In this document: positions 1 to 9,928 of the stretch, piece after piece | Position numbering within the stretch: the stretch's first letter is position 1 | How the letters are laid out: the number at the start of each line of letters is the position of its first letter | Assembly: GCA_017635875.1 (NCBI GenBank) | Contig: JAGBKP010000144.1 | Location: 1 to 49,940 of the forward strand | Direction of reading: 5' to 3' | DNA: 49,940 bases | Source: Selenomonadaceae bacterium | Lineage (GTDB): Bacteria > Bacillota > Negativicutes > Selenomonadales > Selenomonadaceae | Notes under the pieces: generated by a model | Databases searched by the model: none | What the model saw: the letters and a program-made list of their open reading frames with translations, nothing else | What the model was told of the DNA's origin: nothing | Program-made: the position numbers and the translations under genes

Positions 1-233
1 ACGAGTTTTGCGAGTCTTCTTGCGATTTCGGTTTTACCTACGCCGGTAGAGCCTATCATCAAAATATTTTTCGGCGCAACGTCGTCCTGCATTGAAAGGG
101 AAAGTTTACGACTGCGCCAACGGTTTCTTAAAGCGATGGCGACGGATTTTTTCGCCGCCTCCTGCCCCACTATGAATTTATCGAGTTCCGCCACTATTTC
201 TCTCGGCGTTTGTTCGTTTACTCCTATATCCAT
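1..233 (-). CDS. hslU: ATP-dependent protease ATPase subunit HslU, N-terminal part (gene runs off the left edge)
   Basis: Reverse-strand translation from the ATG at 233-231 gives [40 protein letters not shown]...[22 protein letters not shown]. This is an HslU-type N-terminus with a Walker A motif. The start overlaps the hslV stop (TAATG). Confidence 0.9.
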   Translation of the reverse strand, partial: MDIGVNEQTPREIVAELDKFIVGQEAAKKSVAIALRNRWRSRKLSLSMQDDVAPKNILMIGSTGVGKTEIARRLAKL

Positions 234-772
234 TATTCAAGTTCCTCCGTCACAATATTTTGATTCGTAAAGACGCAAATATCTCCCGCTATGGAAAGAG
301 CCTCCTTTGCAATCTCAATCGCCGAAAGCTCCGTATGCTTCACCATAGCGCGCGCCGCCGCCAAAGCGTAAAATCCGCCCGAGCCAATCGCCGCCGCGTC
401 CCCTTCCGGCTCTATCACTTCCCCCGTGCCGGAGAGCATCAAAATCGTGTCCTTATCCGCGACCAAGAGCAACGCTTCAAGTTTACGGAGCACTCTGTCC
501 GTGCGCCATTCTTTTGCAAGCTCCACCGCGGCTCTTTGCAAATTTCCGTGATAAGCGTCCAGTTTTCCTTCAAATTTTTCAAACAGCGTAAAAGCGTCCG
601 CGACAGAGCCGGCAAACCCGGCAAGCACTTTTCCGTTATATAGTTTCCTAACCTTTTTGGCGTTGCCTTTCATAATCGTATTCTGTCCGAAAGTCACCTG
701 CCCGTCGCCTGCGATAGCGGTCTTACCGTCCCGCTTAACGCAACATATAGTAGTAGCGTGAAAATCACCCAT
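233..772 (-). CDS. hslV: ATP-dependent protease peptidase subunit HslV (ClpQ/CodW type)
   Basis: 179 aa. [29 protein letters not shown]... resembles the Bacillus ClpQ N-terminus. Sits directly upstream of hslU. Confidence 0.93.
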   Translation of the reverse strand: MGDFHATTICCVKRDGKTAIAGDGQVTFGQNTIMKGNAKKVRKLYNGKVLAGFAGSVADAFTLFEKFEGKLDAYHGNLQRAAVELAKEWRTDRVLRKLEALLLVADKDTILMLSGTGEVIEPEGDAAAIGSGGFYALAAARAMVKHTELSAIEIAKEALSIAGDICVFTNQNIVTEELE

Positions 773-809
773 ATTATCGGCTCCTTTCCTACTAGGTAGT
801 GCTATTTAC

Positions 810-889
810 CTACTTTCTTTTTTCTCTTTCTTTTTTATAAAAAAGAAAGAGAAAAAAGAAAGTAGCAAAGAAAAAAGAGAAAGAAAAAA
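810..889 (-). repeat. Tripartite pyrimidine/purine element, copy 1. Perfect 56-nt palindrome at 810-865 plus a mirror purine arm at 867-889. Reads Ym-Y-R on the minus (sense) strand.
   Basis: Arm 811-837 TACTTTCTTTTTTCTCTTTCTTTTTTA is the exact reverse complement of 838-864. Arm 867-889 AAAGAAAAAAGAGAAAGAAAAAA is the exact mirror (reverse, not complement) of purine arm 839-861. Confidence 0.9.
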
Positions 890-904
890 TTTTAATATAT
901 TTTT

Positions 905-1894
905 TTATTTTTCCTCTTTAAACGCTTCTATTCTTTTTTTCACGTTTTCCTGTAAATTTCTGTAGAAAAATTGATAATCGTAAATGTGATATACGCCCGG
1001 GGCGAATTGGGGCAATTTGTTCGGATAATCCTTTTCGTTTACGTCCGTTACTTTTAGCGTCCCTCTTTTTTTATCAATGTACGCGCCCGTAAAATGCGGA
1101 ATTTCCTTTTTGATTTTTCCGTTGTAATCCGTAAAACAAGCCCCTAAATTAAGCGATTTATCCGCGATTTTATTGTTCACGCGCCAAGAGAGAGGATTTA
1201 TGGAGATGGTTTTTACATTTCCCGGCACTATCACGGAAGATGTCACGCCTTCCGCTTCGGTGTTAAACGAGATAATAACGCCCGTATCCTTTTCGCCTTT
1301 GGCGGGTTTAAGATGCGGATATTTCACAATATCTTCCTTCGTAATGTACCAGCCGGGGGCGTAAGCCGCTATCATCCGTTCTTTTATAAACTTTTTATCG
1401 CCAAACTCTTTAAGCAAAAGCACAATATGATTGCTTCCCTGCGAAAAACCTGCCAAAATAAATGGTCTTCCCTTGTTGTAATGCTTTAGATAATGGAGAA
1501 AAGCGTCCCTTACGTCTTTATAAGCGTATTCGAGGGCGTTTTTACGGACATTTTCGCCGCCGCCGCGACTGCTGAAACCTGCCATACGATAATACGGCGC
1601 GAAAAATCTGGCGTTTTCGTCGTAAATTCCCTTCTCCATATTTATTGCGCCTACGAATTTTTTCTTGATTTTTTCGTCCGTCAGTTCCATATTGAGATGA
1701 GCCGCGTCTCCCGCAAAGACCGTGGGGCAGATAAAGAAAACGTCCGCGTCTTTAAAAGTTTTGTTTATTTCCAGAAACGCCCAATTTTTAGCGTCCGCAT
1801 AATCAACGGATTCTTCTTTGGGCGCGGCGAGGGAAATTTGAGAAAACAACAGCGCAAACGACAATAAGTATAAAAATTTTTTTACGCTTCTCAT
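905..1894 (-). CDS. Secreted alpha/beta-hydrolase (DUF3089-like lipase/esterase fold)
   Basis: 329 aa. N-terminal signal peptide ([16 protein letters not shown]), a GFSQGS nucleophile-elbow motif, and an APYYR motif typical of DUF3089-type hydrolases as I recall them. Start overlaps the trmFO stop by 4 nt. Confidence 0.55.
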   Translation of the reverse strand: MRSVKKFLYLLSFALLFSQISLAAPKEESVDYADAKNWAFLEINKTFKDADVFFICPTVFAGDAAHLNMELTDEKIKKKFVGAINMEKGIYDENARFFAPYYRMAGFSSRGGGENVRKNALEYAYKDVRDAFLHYLKHYNKGRPFILAGFSQGSNHIVLLLKEFGDKKFIKERMIAAYAPGWYITKEDIVKYPHLKPAKGEKDTGVIISFNTEAEGVTSSVIVPGNVKTISINPLSWRVNNKIADKSLNLGACFTDYNGKIKKEIPHFTGAYIDKKRGTLKVTDVNEKDYPNKLPQFAPGVYHIYDYQFFYRNLQENVKKRIEAFKEEK

Positions 1895-3204
1895 AACTTC
1901 TCCTTAAACCTTTCAATATCCTCCAAAGCTCTTTTTGCGAAAGCCTTTTTCCGCTCTTTTTTATCGCGTATGCTGTGTTCTAAAGGTGGAAACAGTCCGA
2001 AATTTACGTTCATCGGTTGAAAATGTTTAGCTTCGGAAGTCACTATATAATTTATAAGCGCGCCGTGCGCCGTTGTAACGGGAAAACTTATCGGCTCTTT
2101 GCCGTTTACTGTTCGCGCCGCGTTTACTCCCGCTACAATCCCTGATGCGGCAGATTCAACATAACCTTCCACACCCGTCATTTGCCCCGCGAAAAATAAA
2201 TTTTTGTAGCCCTTTAGCTGCATAGTCGCTTTCATAAGGCGCGGCGCATTTAAAAACGTATTTCTGTGCATAACGCCGTAACGCACAAATTCCGCGCGCT
2301 CCAGTCCGGGTATCATACCGAAAACCCGCCTCTGTTCCGGCCAAGTGAGATGAGTTTGAAAACCTACGATGTTATAAAGCGTCCCTTCCGCGTTGTCTTG
2401 ACGAAGTTGAACGACGGCGTAAGGTCGCTCGCCTGTTTCGGGGTTTTCAAGTCCTACGGGTTTTAACGGGCCAAAGAGCAGCGTGTCTTCACCCCGCATT
2501 GCCATAACTTCGACGGGCATACAGCCTTCAAAAAATTTTTCCTTTTCAAAGGATTTTGCAGGCACAAGCTCCGCCGTCGTTAAGGCGTTCCAAAAAGCGA
2601 GGTATTCTTCCTTTGTCATCGGGCAATTTATATAATCCCCGCCGCCGCCTTTATTGTATCTTGACGCGCGATAGGCTTTCGTCATATCAATAGACTCAAG
2701 CGTTACGATAGGCGCGGCGGCGTCGTAAAAATACAGCGATTCTTCGCCCGTGATTTTTAAAATATTATCGTAAAGCGCGCCTTCGGTAAGCGGTCCTGTG
2801 GCTATTATCGTCACCGCGTCGTCCTTTAACGGAATTTGTTCAATTTCTTCACGAATTACCGTAATATTCGGATGGTTTTCGATTTTTTCCGTGATGAATT
2901 TGCTAAATCCCTCTCTATCCACTGCGAGCGCGCCGCCCGCCGGCACTTTTACCGCGTCAGCCGCCTGCATAACGATAGAATTTAATCGGCGCATTTCTTC
3001 TTTTAGCACGCCCACGGCGTTTTCAAAACCTGCGCCGCGAAGAGAATTGCTGCATACAAGCTCCGCAAAATTTGCGGTTTTATGGGCGGGCGTCTGTTTA
3101 TGTGGACGCATTTCATAAAGAGCGACTTTTGCGCCTGATTCTGCCGCATAGTACGCCGCTTCAACGCCTGCTAATCCCGCTCCCACTATGATTATATCCG
3201 TCAC
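1891..3204 (-). CDS. trmFO: Methylenetetrahydrofolate--tRNA-(uracil-5-)-methyltransferase TrmFO (Gid)
   Basis: 437 aa. N-terminal FAD motif [13 protein letters not shown]. Full-length similarity to TrmFO. Conserved position after topA, as in Bacillus. Confidence 0.9.
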   Translation of the reverse strand: MTDIIIVGAGLAGVEAAYYAAESGAKVALYEMRPHKQTPAHKTANFAELVCSNSLRGAGFENAVGVLKEEMRRLNSIVMQAADAVKVPAGGALAVDREGFSKFITEKIENHPNITVIREEIEQIPLKDDAVTIIATGPLTEGALYDNILKITGEESLYFYDAAAPIVTLESIDMTKAYRASRYNKGGGGDYINCPMTKEEYLAFWNALTTAELVPAKSFEKEKFFEGCMPVEVMAMRGEDTLLFGPLKPVGLENPETGERPYAVVQLRQDNAEGTLYNIVGFQTHLTWPEQRRVFGMIPGLERAEFVRYGVMHRNTFLNAPRLMKATMQLKGYKNLFFAGQMTGVEGYVESAASGIVAGVNAARTVNGKEPISFPVTTAHGALINYIVTSEAKHFQPMNVNFGLFPPLEHSIRDKKERKKAFAKRALEDIERFKEKL

Positions 3205-3213
3205 TTTTTCGCC

Positions 3214-5445
3214 TCATTTCGCTTTTGTTGTATTCTTTTTCGTAGCTTTTGCGTCTTTTTCTTGCTTCGCTTCTTCTTCAAGTTTCTTCAGCCGCTCTTC
3301 TTCTCGCTTCTTATTCTTCTCAAGCTCTTTATTTATCGGGTGATTTACTCTTGTCTTGCAATTATCGTTTAAGCAGTAGACAATTCCGCGTCCGCCTCTG
3401 AAATTGTGACGAAGCATAAGCGAGCCGCACTCTTTGCAAGGCTCTTTCAGCGGCATATCCCAAGACACAAAATCGCAATCGGGGTAATTTTCGCAACCGA
3501 AGAATTTGCGTCCGCGACGGGATTTTCTCTCTAAAATTCTGCCTCCGCATTTTGGGCATTTTGCCCCCGTATCCACTAAAATCGGCTTCGTATTTCTGCA
3601 CTCGGGAAAACCCGGACAAGCTAAAAATTTGCCGTAACGCCCGAGTTTATACACCATTTTTCGCCCGCAAAGCTCGCATACTACGTCGGATTCCTCATCT
3701 TTTATATCTATATGACCAATAGCTTCGTCCGCTTTTTCGAGAGTTTTTTCAAACGGGTCGTAAAATTCCTTTAAAAGCGCGGAGCTTTTTATCTTGCCCT
3801 CCGCCACTTCGTCGAGTTCGTTCTCTAAATTCGCCGTGAATTTAACGTCCACTATATCCTTAAAATATTCTTCAAGCATATCGAGGACTATAAACCCAAG
3901 CTCCGTCGGTTGAAATTGTTTATCGCGGCGCACGACGTAGCCTCTCGCTTGAATTGTTTCGATAATCGGCGCGTAGGTGCTTGGTCTGCCGATTTCCTTT
4001 TCTTCCAAAGTTTTGACAAGCGACGCGTCGTTATAGCGCGGCGGCGGCTCGGTGAAATGTTGCTCCGGCAAAACTTCGTCAAGTTTCAGCTTATCACCCG
4101 CTACAAGCTCGGGGAGCGTTATATCTTTTTCTTTTTTGTTTGCGTCGACGCCTGCGTACACCGCTTTAAACCCGTCGAATTTTAACTTTGAGCCTGCGGT
4201 TTTTACCTTAAAGCGATTTCCCGCATCAACCGAAACGGACATTGTGTCGTACACGGCCGGCGTCATCTGGCTTGCCATAAATCGCTGCCATATAAGGTTA
4301 TAGAGCTTAAATTGGTCTTTATTTAAATACCCCTCCACGCTTTCGGGCGTGAGGTCTATATGGGTGGGGCGAATACCTTCGTGCGCGTCCTGCGCCTTTT
4401 TCGACGAATAATTGTTGAATTTTGCGGGAACATAGTCTTTCCCGTATTTTTTTAATATAAACTCTTTCGCCTCGTTTTGCGCAACGTCCGATATTCTGAC
4501 CGAATCCGTTCTCATATAGGTTATAAGCCCGACGGAATTTTTGCCGACTGTCACGCCCTCGTAGAGTTGCTGGGCTATCATCATCGTCTTCCTAGACACA
4601 AAGCCGAGTTTATTTGCCGCGTCCTGTTGCAAACTGCTTGTTGTAAAAGGAGGCGCGGGGTTTCTTTTACGCGAGCCGCGTTTTACTTCTTTTACGGTAA
4701 AATCGGATTTTTTTAGTTCGTTTACGATTTTTTTCGTGTCGCTCTCGTTTTTGAGGTCGATTTTTTTGCCGTCAATCTCCGTTAGTTCCGCTTTAAAGGC
4801 TTTTGTCTTGCCCTTTTGAAGCTTTAAATCAACCGTCCAATATTCTTCCGACACAAAATTTTGTATCTCTTTTTCCCTGTCGCAGATAAGTTTCACCGTG
4901 ACGGACTGCACTCTCCCTGCGGAGAGCCCCCTTCGCACTTTTCGCCACAGAAGCGGGCTTAATTTGTAGCCTACTATGCGGTCGAGCATTCTTCTTGCTT
5001 GTTGCGCGTCCACCCTATCCATATCTATGGGTTTTGGGTCGTTCACCGCCGCTTGTATGGCAGGTTTTGTGATTTCGTTAAAGACTATGCGGCATTTTTT
5101 CTTCGGGTCTACGTCCAAAATATAGGAAAGATGCCAAGCTATAGCCTCTCCCTCGCGGTCGGGATCGCTTGCTAGATACACTTTGTCCGCGTTTTTCGCG
5201 TCTTTTTTGAGTGCCTTTATCAAATCGCCTTTGCCGCGAATGTTTATGTATTTCGGCTCAAAATTGTTGTCAACGTCTATCCCGAACTGGCTTTTGGGCA
5301 AATCCCTCAAATGCCCCATAGAGGCGCGAACTATATAATTTTTTCCCAAATATTGCTCTATCGTCTTTGCTTTAGCGGGAGACTCCACCACGACTAAAGT
5401 CTTTGCGCTTGTCTTTTTTGGCGCGGATTTTTTTGCGACGGGCAT
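3214..5445 (-). CDS. topA: DNA topoisomerase I
   Basis: 743 aa. Toprim start LVVVESPAKAKTI, catalytic region ITYMRTDS, and several C-terminal CxxC zinc ribbons. Confidence 0.96.
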   Translation of the reverse strand: MPVAKKSAPKKTSAKTLVVVESPAKAKTIEQYLGKNYIVRASMGHLRDLPKSQFGIDVDNNFEPKYINIRGKGDLIKALKKDAKNADKVYLASDPDREGEAIAWHLSYILDVDPKKKCRIVFNEITKPAIQAAVNDPKPIDMDRVDAQQARRMLDRIVGYKLSPLLWRKVRRGLSAGRVQSVTVKLICDREKEIQNFVSEEYWTVDLKLQKGKTKAFKAELTEIDGKKIDLKNESDTKKIVNELKKSDFTVKEVKRGSRKRNPAPPFTTSSLQQDAANKLGFVSRKTMMIAQQLYEGVTVGKNSVGLITYMRTDSVRISDVAQNEAKEFILKKYGKDYVPAKFNNYSSKKAQDAHEGIRPTHIDLTPESVEGYLNKDQFKLYNLIWQRFMASQMTPAVYDTMSVSVDAGNRFKVKTAGSKLKFDGFKAVYAGVDANKKEKDITLPELVAGDKLKLDEVLPEQHFTEPPPRYNDASLVKTLEEKEIGRPSTYAPIIETIQARGYVVRRDKQFQPTELGFIVLDMLEEYFKDIVDVKFTANLENELDEVAEGKIKSSALLKEFYDPFEKTLEKADEAIGHIDIKDEESDVVCELCGRKMVYKLGRYGKFLACPGFPECRNTKPILVDTGAKCPKCGGRILERKSRRGRKFFGCENYPDCDFVSWDMPLKEPCKECGSLMLRHNFRGGRGIVYCLNDNCKTRVNHPINKELEKNKKREEERLKKLEEEAKQEKDAKATKKNTTKAK

Positions 5446-5449
5446 TTTT

Positions 5450-6616
5450 TCACGACCTTTCGACTCTTATATATTTATGCAAATCCGTTTCTTTTGCGAT
5501 ACCTTTCATAATTAAATTTAAAAGCGTCATATTAAGATTTTGAATATCAATATGGGAAGGCATACTGATATAGATTTCTTCTTTAGAGAGCGGCGCGTGA
5601 AAAGAAAGAAGTTGATACACCAGCTTTTCGTCTTCCGTCATCTCCGGCAGAGTTTTTTCTTTAGGTTTCGTATCTTCGATTTTTTTTATTTCAACAACGG
5701 GTTTATCGCTTTCGTCGTTGTTTTGATAGGCTTTAACCCTGCGATTTCCCCTGTACTCCTTTAAAATATCCTCTGCGCACCGCGCGGGAATAGCGCCTTC
5801 CGTTAGTAACCAATTAGGGCCCGCGCTCATATTTGAAAAAATACTGCCGGGCACCGCGAAAACGTCGCGGTTATCGTTTACGGCGTGGTCAGCCGTTATA
5901 AGCGCGCCGCTTTTTCTGCCCGCCTCAACCACCACAGTGCCGTGTGAAAGCCCGCTTATGATGCGGTTCCTCGCGGGGAAAAACGCGGGATACGGCGAAG
6001 TCCCGGGCTTATATTCCGAAATAATAGCGCCGCCTTTTTCCACTATCTCATAAAAAAGTTTGCGATTTTCGGGCGGATAGACGTAATCAATTCCGCAACC
6101 AAGTACCGCTACGGTACGCCCCGCTTTTAGCGCGCCTACGTGCGCGGCGGTGTCAATGCCGCGAGCCGCGCCCGATACCACGACTACGCCGTATCTTGCG
6201 AGGTCTTCGGCTATCATCTCGGCCGCTTCTTTGCCGTAATTTGTAAAATTTCTTGAGCCCACCATAGCTATACATAAATCTGTTTTAGCTGGAAGAGTTC
6301 CCTTATAATAGAGCATAGACGGAGGATTTTTGAGTTCTTTAAGCATAAAGGGAAAGTTTTCGTCCGTTATCGCGACGGTCTTTGCGTTGCATTTTTTGCA
6401 CGACTCCATAAGTTTTTCGGGGAAATATGGATTGCTCGCCCTAAATTTTATAAAATTTTTCAATACGTCTTCTTTTAAAACCTCGGCTTGTTTTAACTCG
6501 CCTTCGTCAGCCTCCCAAACCGCTTTCGCAAAAGAAAAGCGCGCGAGCAGGTCTTGCAAGACTTTATCGCCTATCCCGTGCGTTTCTTTCAACGCGGCGA
6601 TATAATAACCTTCCAT
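5450..6616 (-). CDS. dprA: DNA processing protein DprA (Smf)
   Basis: Rossmann-like DprA core (GSRNFTNYG...VVSGAARGIDTAAH...PARNRIISGLS). I prefer the internal ATG at 6616 (MEGYY...), which is preceded by GAGGAG. The ORF track extends to 6676. Confidence 0.85.
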   Translation of the reverse strand: MEGYYIAALKETHGIGDKVLQDLLARFSFAKAVWEADEGELKQAEVLKEDVLKNFIKFRASNPYFPEKLMESCKKCNAKTVAITDENFPFMLKELKNPPSMLYYKGTLPAKTDLCIAMVGSRNFTNYGKEAAEMIAEDLARYGVVVVSGAARGIDTAAHVGALKAGRTVAVLGCGIDYVYPPENRKLFYEIVEKGGAIISEYKPGTSPYPAFFPARNRIISGLSHGTVVVEAGRKSGALITADHAVNDNRDVFAVPGSIFSNMSAGPNWLLTEGAIPARCAEDILKEYRGNRRVKAYQNNDESDKPVVEIKKIEDTKPKEKTLPEMTEDEKLVYQLLSFHAPLSKEEIYISMPSHIDIQNLNMTLLNLIMKGIAKETDLHKYIRVERS

Positions 6617-6765
6617 AAATATACTCCTCGTAAAAAATTTTTCTTCCATAATATTATTATTTGCAAAATTTTTCAAGTAGAATTATGTATCTTTCAAAAT
6701 TTCAATGGAAAAAGTTAAAAAATTATTATATAATTAAAAAACCAAATTTTAAAGGAAAGTGACTT

Positions 6766-8271
6766 ATGACGAATGTTTACGACAGATTGAACGATTTTTA
6801 TCTTAAAAATCCGGATGCAAAGTTTTATTTTCAACGGAAAATATTTGAGCGTCATTTAAGAAAATGCGCTTGGAAGGGCGATGATAAAAGCAAGCTGAAT
6901 TTGCGATTTGAACTTCTTTCGCGTATTGTTCTTTTTGCAATAGAAATTGATTTGGATTCTATCTGCGATTTAGTGCCGGAAGATTATTTGGAAATTTTTT
7001 ATAAACTTGCGGAAATAGAAAATAAAAATTTAGATGAAAAAACGGTTTTAAAATATATTAAATTTGTGAAGGAATTGTTTTTGGAAAGAGAGCCTGACGG
7101 CTTTGAAGGAAATATAGAAGAAATAGAATTCTTAAGGATGTTTTTTTACGACGAAGGCAAATTTCATCTCTTAAAAAGAGAAAATAAAAACAGCTATAAA
7201 AGCTGTATAAGACGAGATAAAACATCTTATGAAGAAATGCGGCAAATTGAATTTTTAAAAGAAAATTGGCTTGTAAAAATCAAGGAATATTTTAACAATT
7301 CCATTTTTGAAAAAGATTTAAAACGAGCCTTAACGATGTTTATTAACGGCAAGAAAAAATATGAAAAAGATGAAGAAAGCGAGAAGAAATTCCGCGATTA
7401 TTTCTTGTTTAATTATCGCTTAATCAGAACGGATGAAACTCCGCTTGAATTTTTTTATAAGAGGGAAAAAGAAAATTTAGACGATATTTCAACGCAAATA
7501 ATTGAGGAATATCTAAACTCAAAATTCACGATTTTTTATGTAAAACGAGAGGACGGCGATTCCTTTTTATGCAGGGATTTTTTCCGCGAACGCGAATTTT
7601 TTATTCCCTATTCGTCCGCTGATTTTCCGGAATATAAAAGCATCGTTTTCTCCGCTAATATTGAGGAAGGAACGATAGTAGCCCCTGCTTTTTTAAACGC
7701 TATATTTGCCGAAGAAGGCGAAATGGACAAGATAGTTAAAGAGATAAATTCCGCGTATAAGCTTTACGCCTATCAAGAAAAAAATCCCACTTACGCAAAA
7801 TTTTTTGCAAGGCACAATATGGCGGTTCGTCAAATAATAGCAGAAGTCGCCGTATTTCATAAAACGGACGTAATTCCGGAAGCCGTTGATATTGAAAATA
7901 TAAAAAGCGATTTAAATTTAACGGGGGATTATGAAAAACCAATAAACAAACTTATCAATATAGCGAAAAAAATAGAATTAAGCGAATATTCCATAAAACT
8001 TTTAAAGAAATATTACTCGGATTTTTTAACTAAATCAAAATTTACCAGATGGCAAAACGAAAACGACCTCGCGCTCTTTGCCGTGTTAAAAAATTTTGCG
8101 GAGCTAAACGGAGCAAAAAATTTTTATAAAATCGACGAATATTTCCCTCCCGACTTAGATATTGAAAAACTTCAAATTATGTCGACCGATATAAAAAATT
8201 TATTAAAAAGTGAAACATTTGATCCGCGTTATTTAACGGAAGAGGGATTTTTCAATTTGGTATGCAGTTAA
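6766..8271 (+). CDS. Hypothetical protein, 501 aa, no domain recognised
   Basis: Long uninterrupted ORF in a visibly AT-rich stretch, opposite in orientation to both neighbours. Followed by a bidirectional terminator. Confidence 0.6.
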   Translation: MTNVYDRLNDFYLKNPDAKFYFQRKIFERHLRKCAWKGDDKSKLNLRFELLSRIVLFAIEIDLDSICDLVPEDYLEIFYKLAEIENKNLDEKTVLKYIKFVKELFLEREPDGFEGNIEEIEFLRMFFYDEGKFHLLKRENKNSYKSCIRRDKTSYEEMRQIEFLKENWLVKIKEYFNNSIFEKDLKRALTMFINGKKKYEKDEESEKKFRDYFLFNYRLIRTDETPLEFFYKREKENLDDISTQIIEEYLNSKFTIFYVKREDGDSFLCRDFFREREFFIPYSSADFPEYKSIVFSANIEEGTIVAPAFLNAIFAEEGEMDKIVKEINSAYKLYAYQEKNPTYAKFFARHNMAVRQIIAEVAVFHKTDVIPEAVDIENIKSDLNLTGDYEKPINKLINIAKKIELSEYSIKLLKKYYSDFLTKSKFTRWQNENDLALFAVLKNFAELNGAKNFYKIDEYFPPDLDIEKLQIMSTDIKNLLKSETFDPRYLTEEGFFNLVCS

Positions 8272-8274
8272 AAT

Positions 8275-8304
8275 AAAAAAGCCCGCAAAATGCGAGCTTT
8301 TTTT
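8275..8304. terminator. Bidirectional rho-independent terminator
   Basis: AAAAAA-GCCCGCA-AAA-TGCGAGC-TTTTTTT. Imperfect 7-bp stem flanked by an A-run and a T-run, between convergent genes. Confidence 0.7.
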
Positions 8305-8316
8305 ATTCTCAAAAAA

Positions 8317-8874
8317 TTATATTATCTTTTCGCCGTGGTAAATTTCGCCGCCTATTTCGGGATAAACTCCGTAATACACCGCCCATTCGGTTTTGTATTT
8401 TATCGCTTGGGCGTGAATACTTTCGATGCGGTCTATAGTTTTTTTCACCACTGCCGGCGAACCAACTACCAATGAATTTTCGGGAATAACCGCGTTTTCT
8501 TTAACAAGCGCGCCCGCGCCTATTATAGAGCCGCGTCCTATTTTCGCGCCCGTTAACACCGTCGCGCTCATACCGATTAAAACGTGGTCTGCAATTTCGC
8601 AACCGTGCAACACCGCGCCGTGACCTATCGTTACATAATCGCCGATAATGCAGGGCTTATTGTCCGCAACGTGCAAACAAACCAAATCTTGCACATTTGA
8701 ACATTCGCCTATTTTAATGTAGCAAACGTCGCCCCTAGCCACAACGCCGGGCCATATACTCGAATATTTCCCGACGGTAACGTCGCCGGACAAAAAAACC
8801 TGCGGCGCAACAAAAGCCTCTTCGTCAATAACGGGCTTTTTTCCTTGAAATTCAATTCCTTTAAGCGTATACAC
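8317..8874 (-). CDS. Gamma-class carbonic anhydrase-like / left-handed beta-helix hexapeptide-repeat protein (YrdA/PaaY family)
   Basis: 185 aa. Hexapeptide repeats and the His pattern VTIGHGAVLHGC, typical of the gamma-CA family. Confidence 0.85.
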   Translation of the reverse strand: MYTLKGIEFQGKKPVIDEEAFVAPQVFLSGDVTVGKYSSIWPGVVARGDVCYIKIGECSNVQDLVCLHVADNKPCIIGDYVTIGHGAVLHGCEIADHVLIGMSATVLTGAKIGRGSIIGAGALVKENAVIPENSLVVGSPAVVKKTIDRIESIHAQAIKYKTEWAVYYGVYPEIGGEIYHGEKII

Positions 8875-8884
8875 AAATTCACCT

Positions 8885-9916
8885 TCAAATCATATTATTT
8901 TCAATCATATATTCCGCGATTTGAAGCGCGTTTAACGCCGCGCCTTTTCTTATCTGGTCACCGCATACCCAAAGATTCAGGCCGTGTTCTATGGATTCGT
9001 CTTTTCTTATGCGTCCCACTTCAACGTCGTCTTTGCCGGAAGTAAATAGCGGCATAGGATATAGCATTTCATCGGGGTCGTCCACAACTTTTGCGCCTTT
9101 AAAGCTCGCTATAGCCTTTTTTGCTTCCTCAACCGTAACTTCGCCTTCAAACTCCACATTCACCGATTCGGCGTGGGAACGATAAACGGGAACGCGAATT
9201 GTGGTGGCGGTGATTTTCATACCGTCGTCTTCCATAATCTTCTTCGTTTCGTCTATCATCTTCATTTCTTCTTTGGTGTAGAGATTATCCTTAAAGACGT
9301 CGATTTGAGGAATGAGGTTAAAAGCTATTTGATAGTGTTTCGGAAGAGACGCGCCCGGCAAAATTTTGGGCGTGACTTCTTTACCTGCGGAAATATCCGC
9401 GACTTGCTCCTCAAGTTCCGCCATTGCCTCTTTGCCGCCGCCGGATACCGCTTGATAAGTGGAAACCACAACGCGCTTAATCTTTTTTAAATCATAAAGC
9501 GGTTTTAACGCCATAACCATAATAATGGTGGAGCAGTTCGGGTTTGCGATAATGCCCTTGTGACGCTTAATAGCGTCAGGGTTTACTTCAGGCACGACAA
9601 GCGGCACGTCTTTATCCATTCTAAACGTGCTGGAATTGTCTATAACAACCGCGCCGGCTTTAACAGCCGCGGGAGCGAAAGTTTTGCTCGCAGAGCCGCC
9701 GGCGAAAAGCGCTATGTCTATATCTTTAAAAGAATCCTCTGTCGCTTCTTCCACCGTATAGGTTTTGCCCATAAAATCAATTTTCGTACCCGCGGAACGC
9801 TTCGACGCCAAAAGTTTAAGTTCGCCGAAGGGAAATTTTCTTTCTTCGATAAGATTTAAAAATTCCTGCCCGACCGCGCCCGTCGCACCCAAGATAGCCA
9901 CTCTGTAATTTTTCAT
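8885..9916 (-). CDS. asd: Aspartate-semialdehyde dehydrogenase
   Basis: 343 aa. ILGATGAVGQ NADP-binding motif and active-site region IIANPNCSTI. Confidence 0.95.
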   Translation of the reverse strand: MKNYRVAILGATGAVGQEFLNLIEERKFPFGELKLLASKRSAGTKIDFMGKTYTVEEATEDSFKDIDIALFAGGSASKTFAPAAVKAGAVVIDNSSTFRMDKDVPLVVPEVNPDAIKRHKGIIANPNCSTIIMVMALKPLYDLKKIKRVVVSTYQAVSGGGKEAMAELEEQVADISAGKEVTPKILPGASLPKHYQIAFNLIPQIDVFKDNLYTKEEMKMIDETKKIMEDDGMKITATTIRVPVYRSHAESVNVEFEGEVTVEEAKKAIASFKGAKVVDDPDEMLYPMPLFTSGKDDVEVGRIRKDESIEHGLNLWVCGDQIRKGAALNALQIAEYMIENNMI

Positions 9917-9928
9917 CTTGTTTTCTCC

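Noticed and set aside
810-865. Considered whether the long perfect hairpins are ordinary rho-independent terminators
   Set aside because: In the sense orientation of the flanking genes, the hairpin is followed by GTAGGTAAAT, GTAAATAAAC or similar, not by a U-tract. The stems are A/U-rich with no GC clamp. The conserved third mirror arm is not explained by a terminator role.
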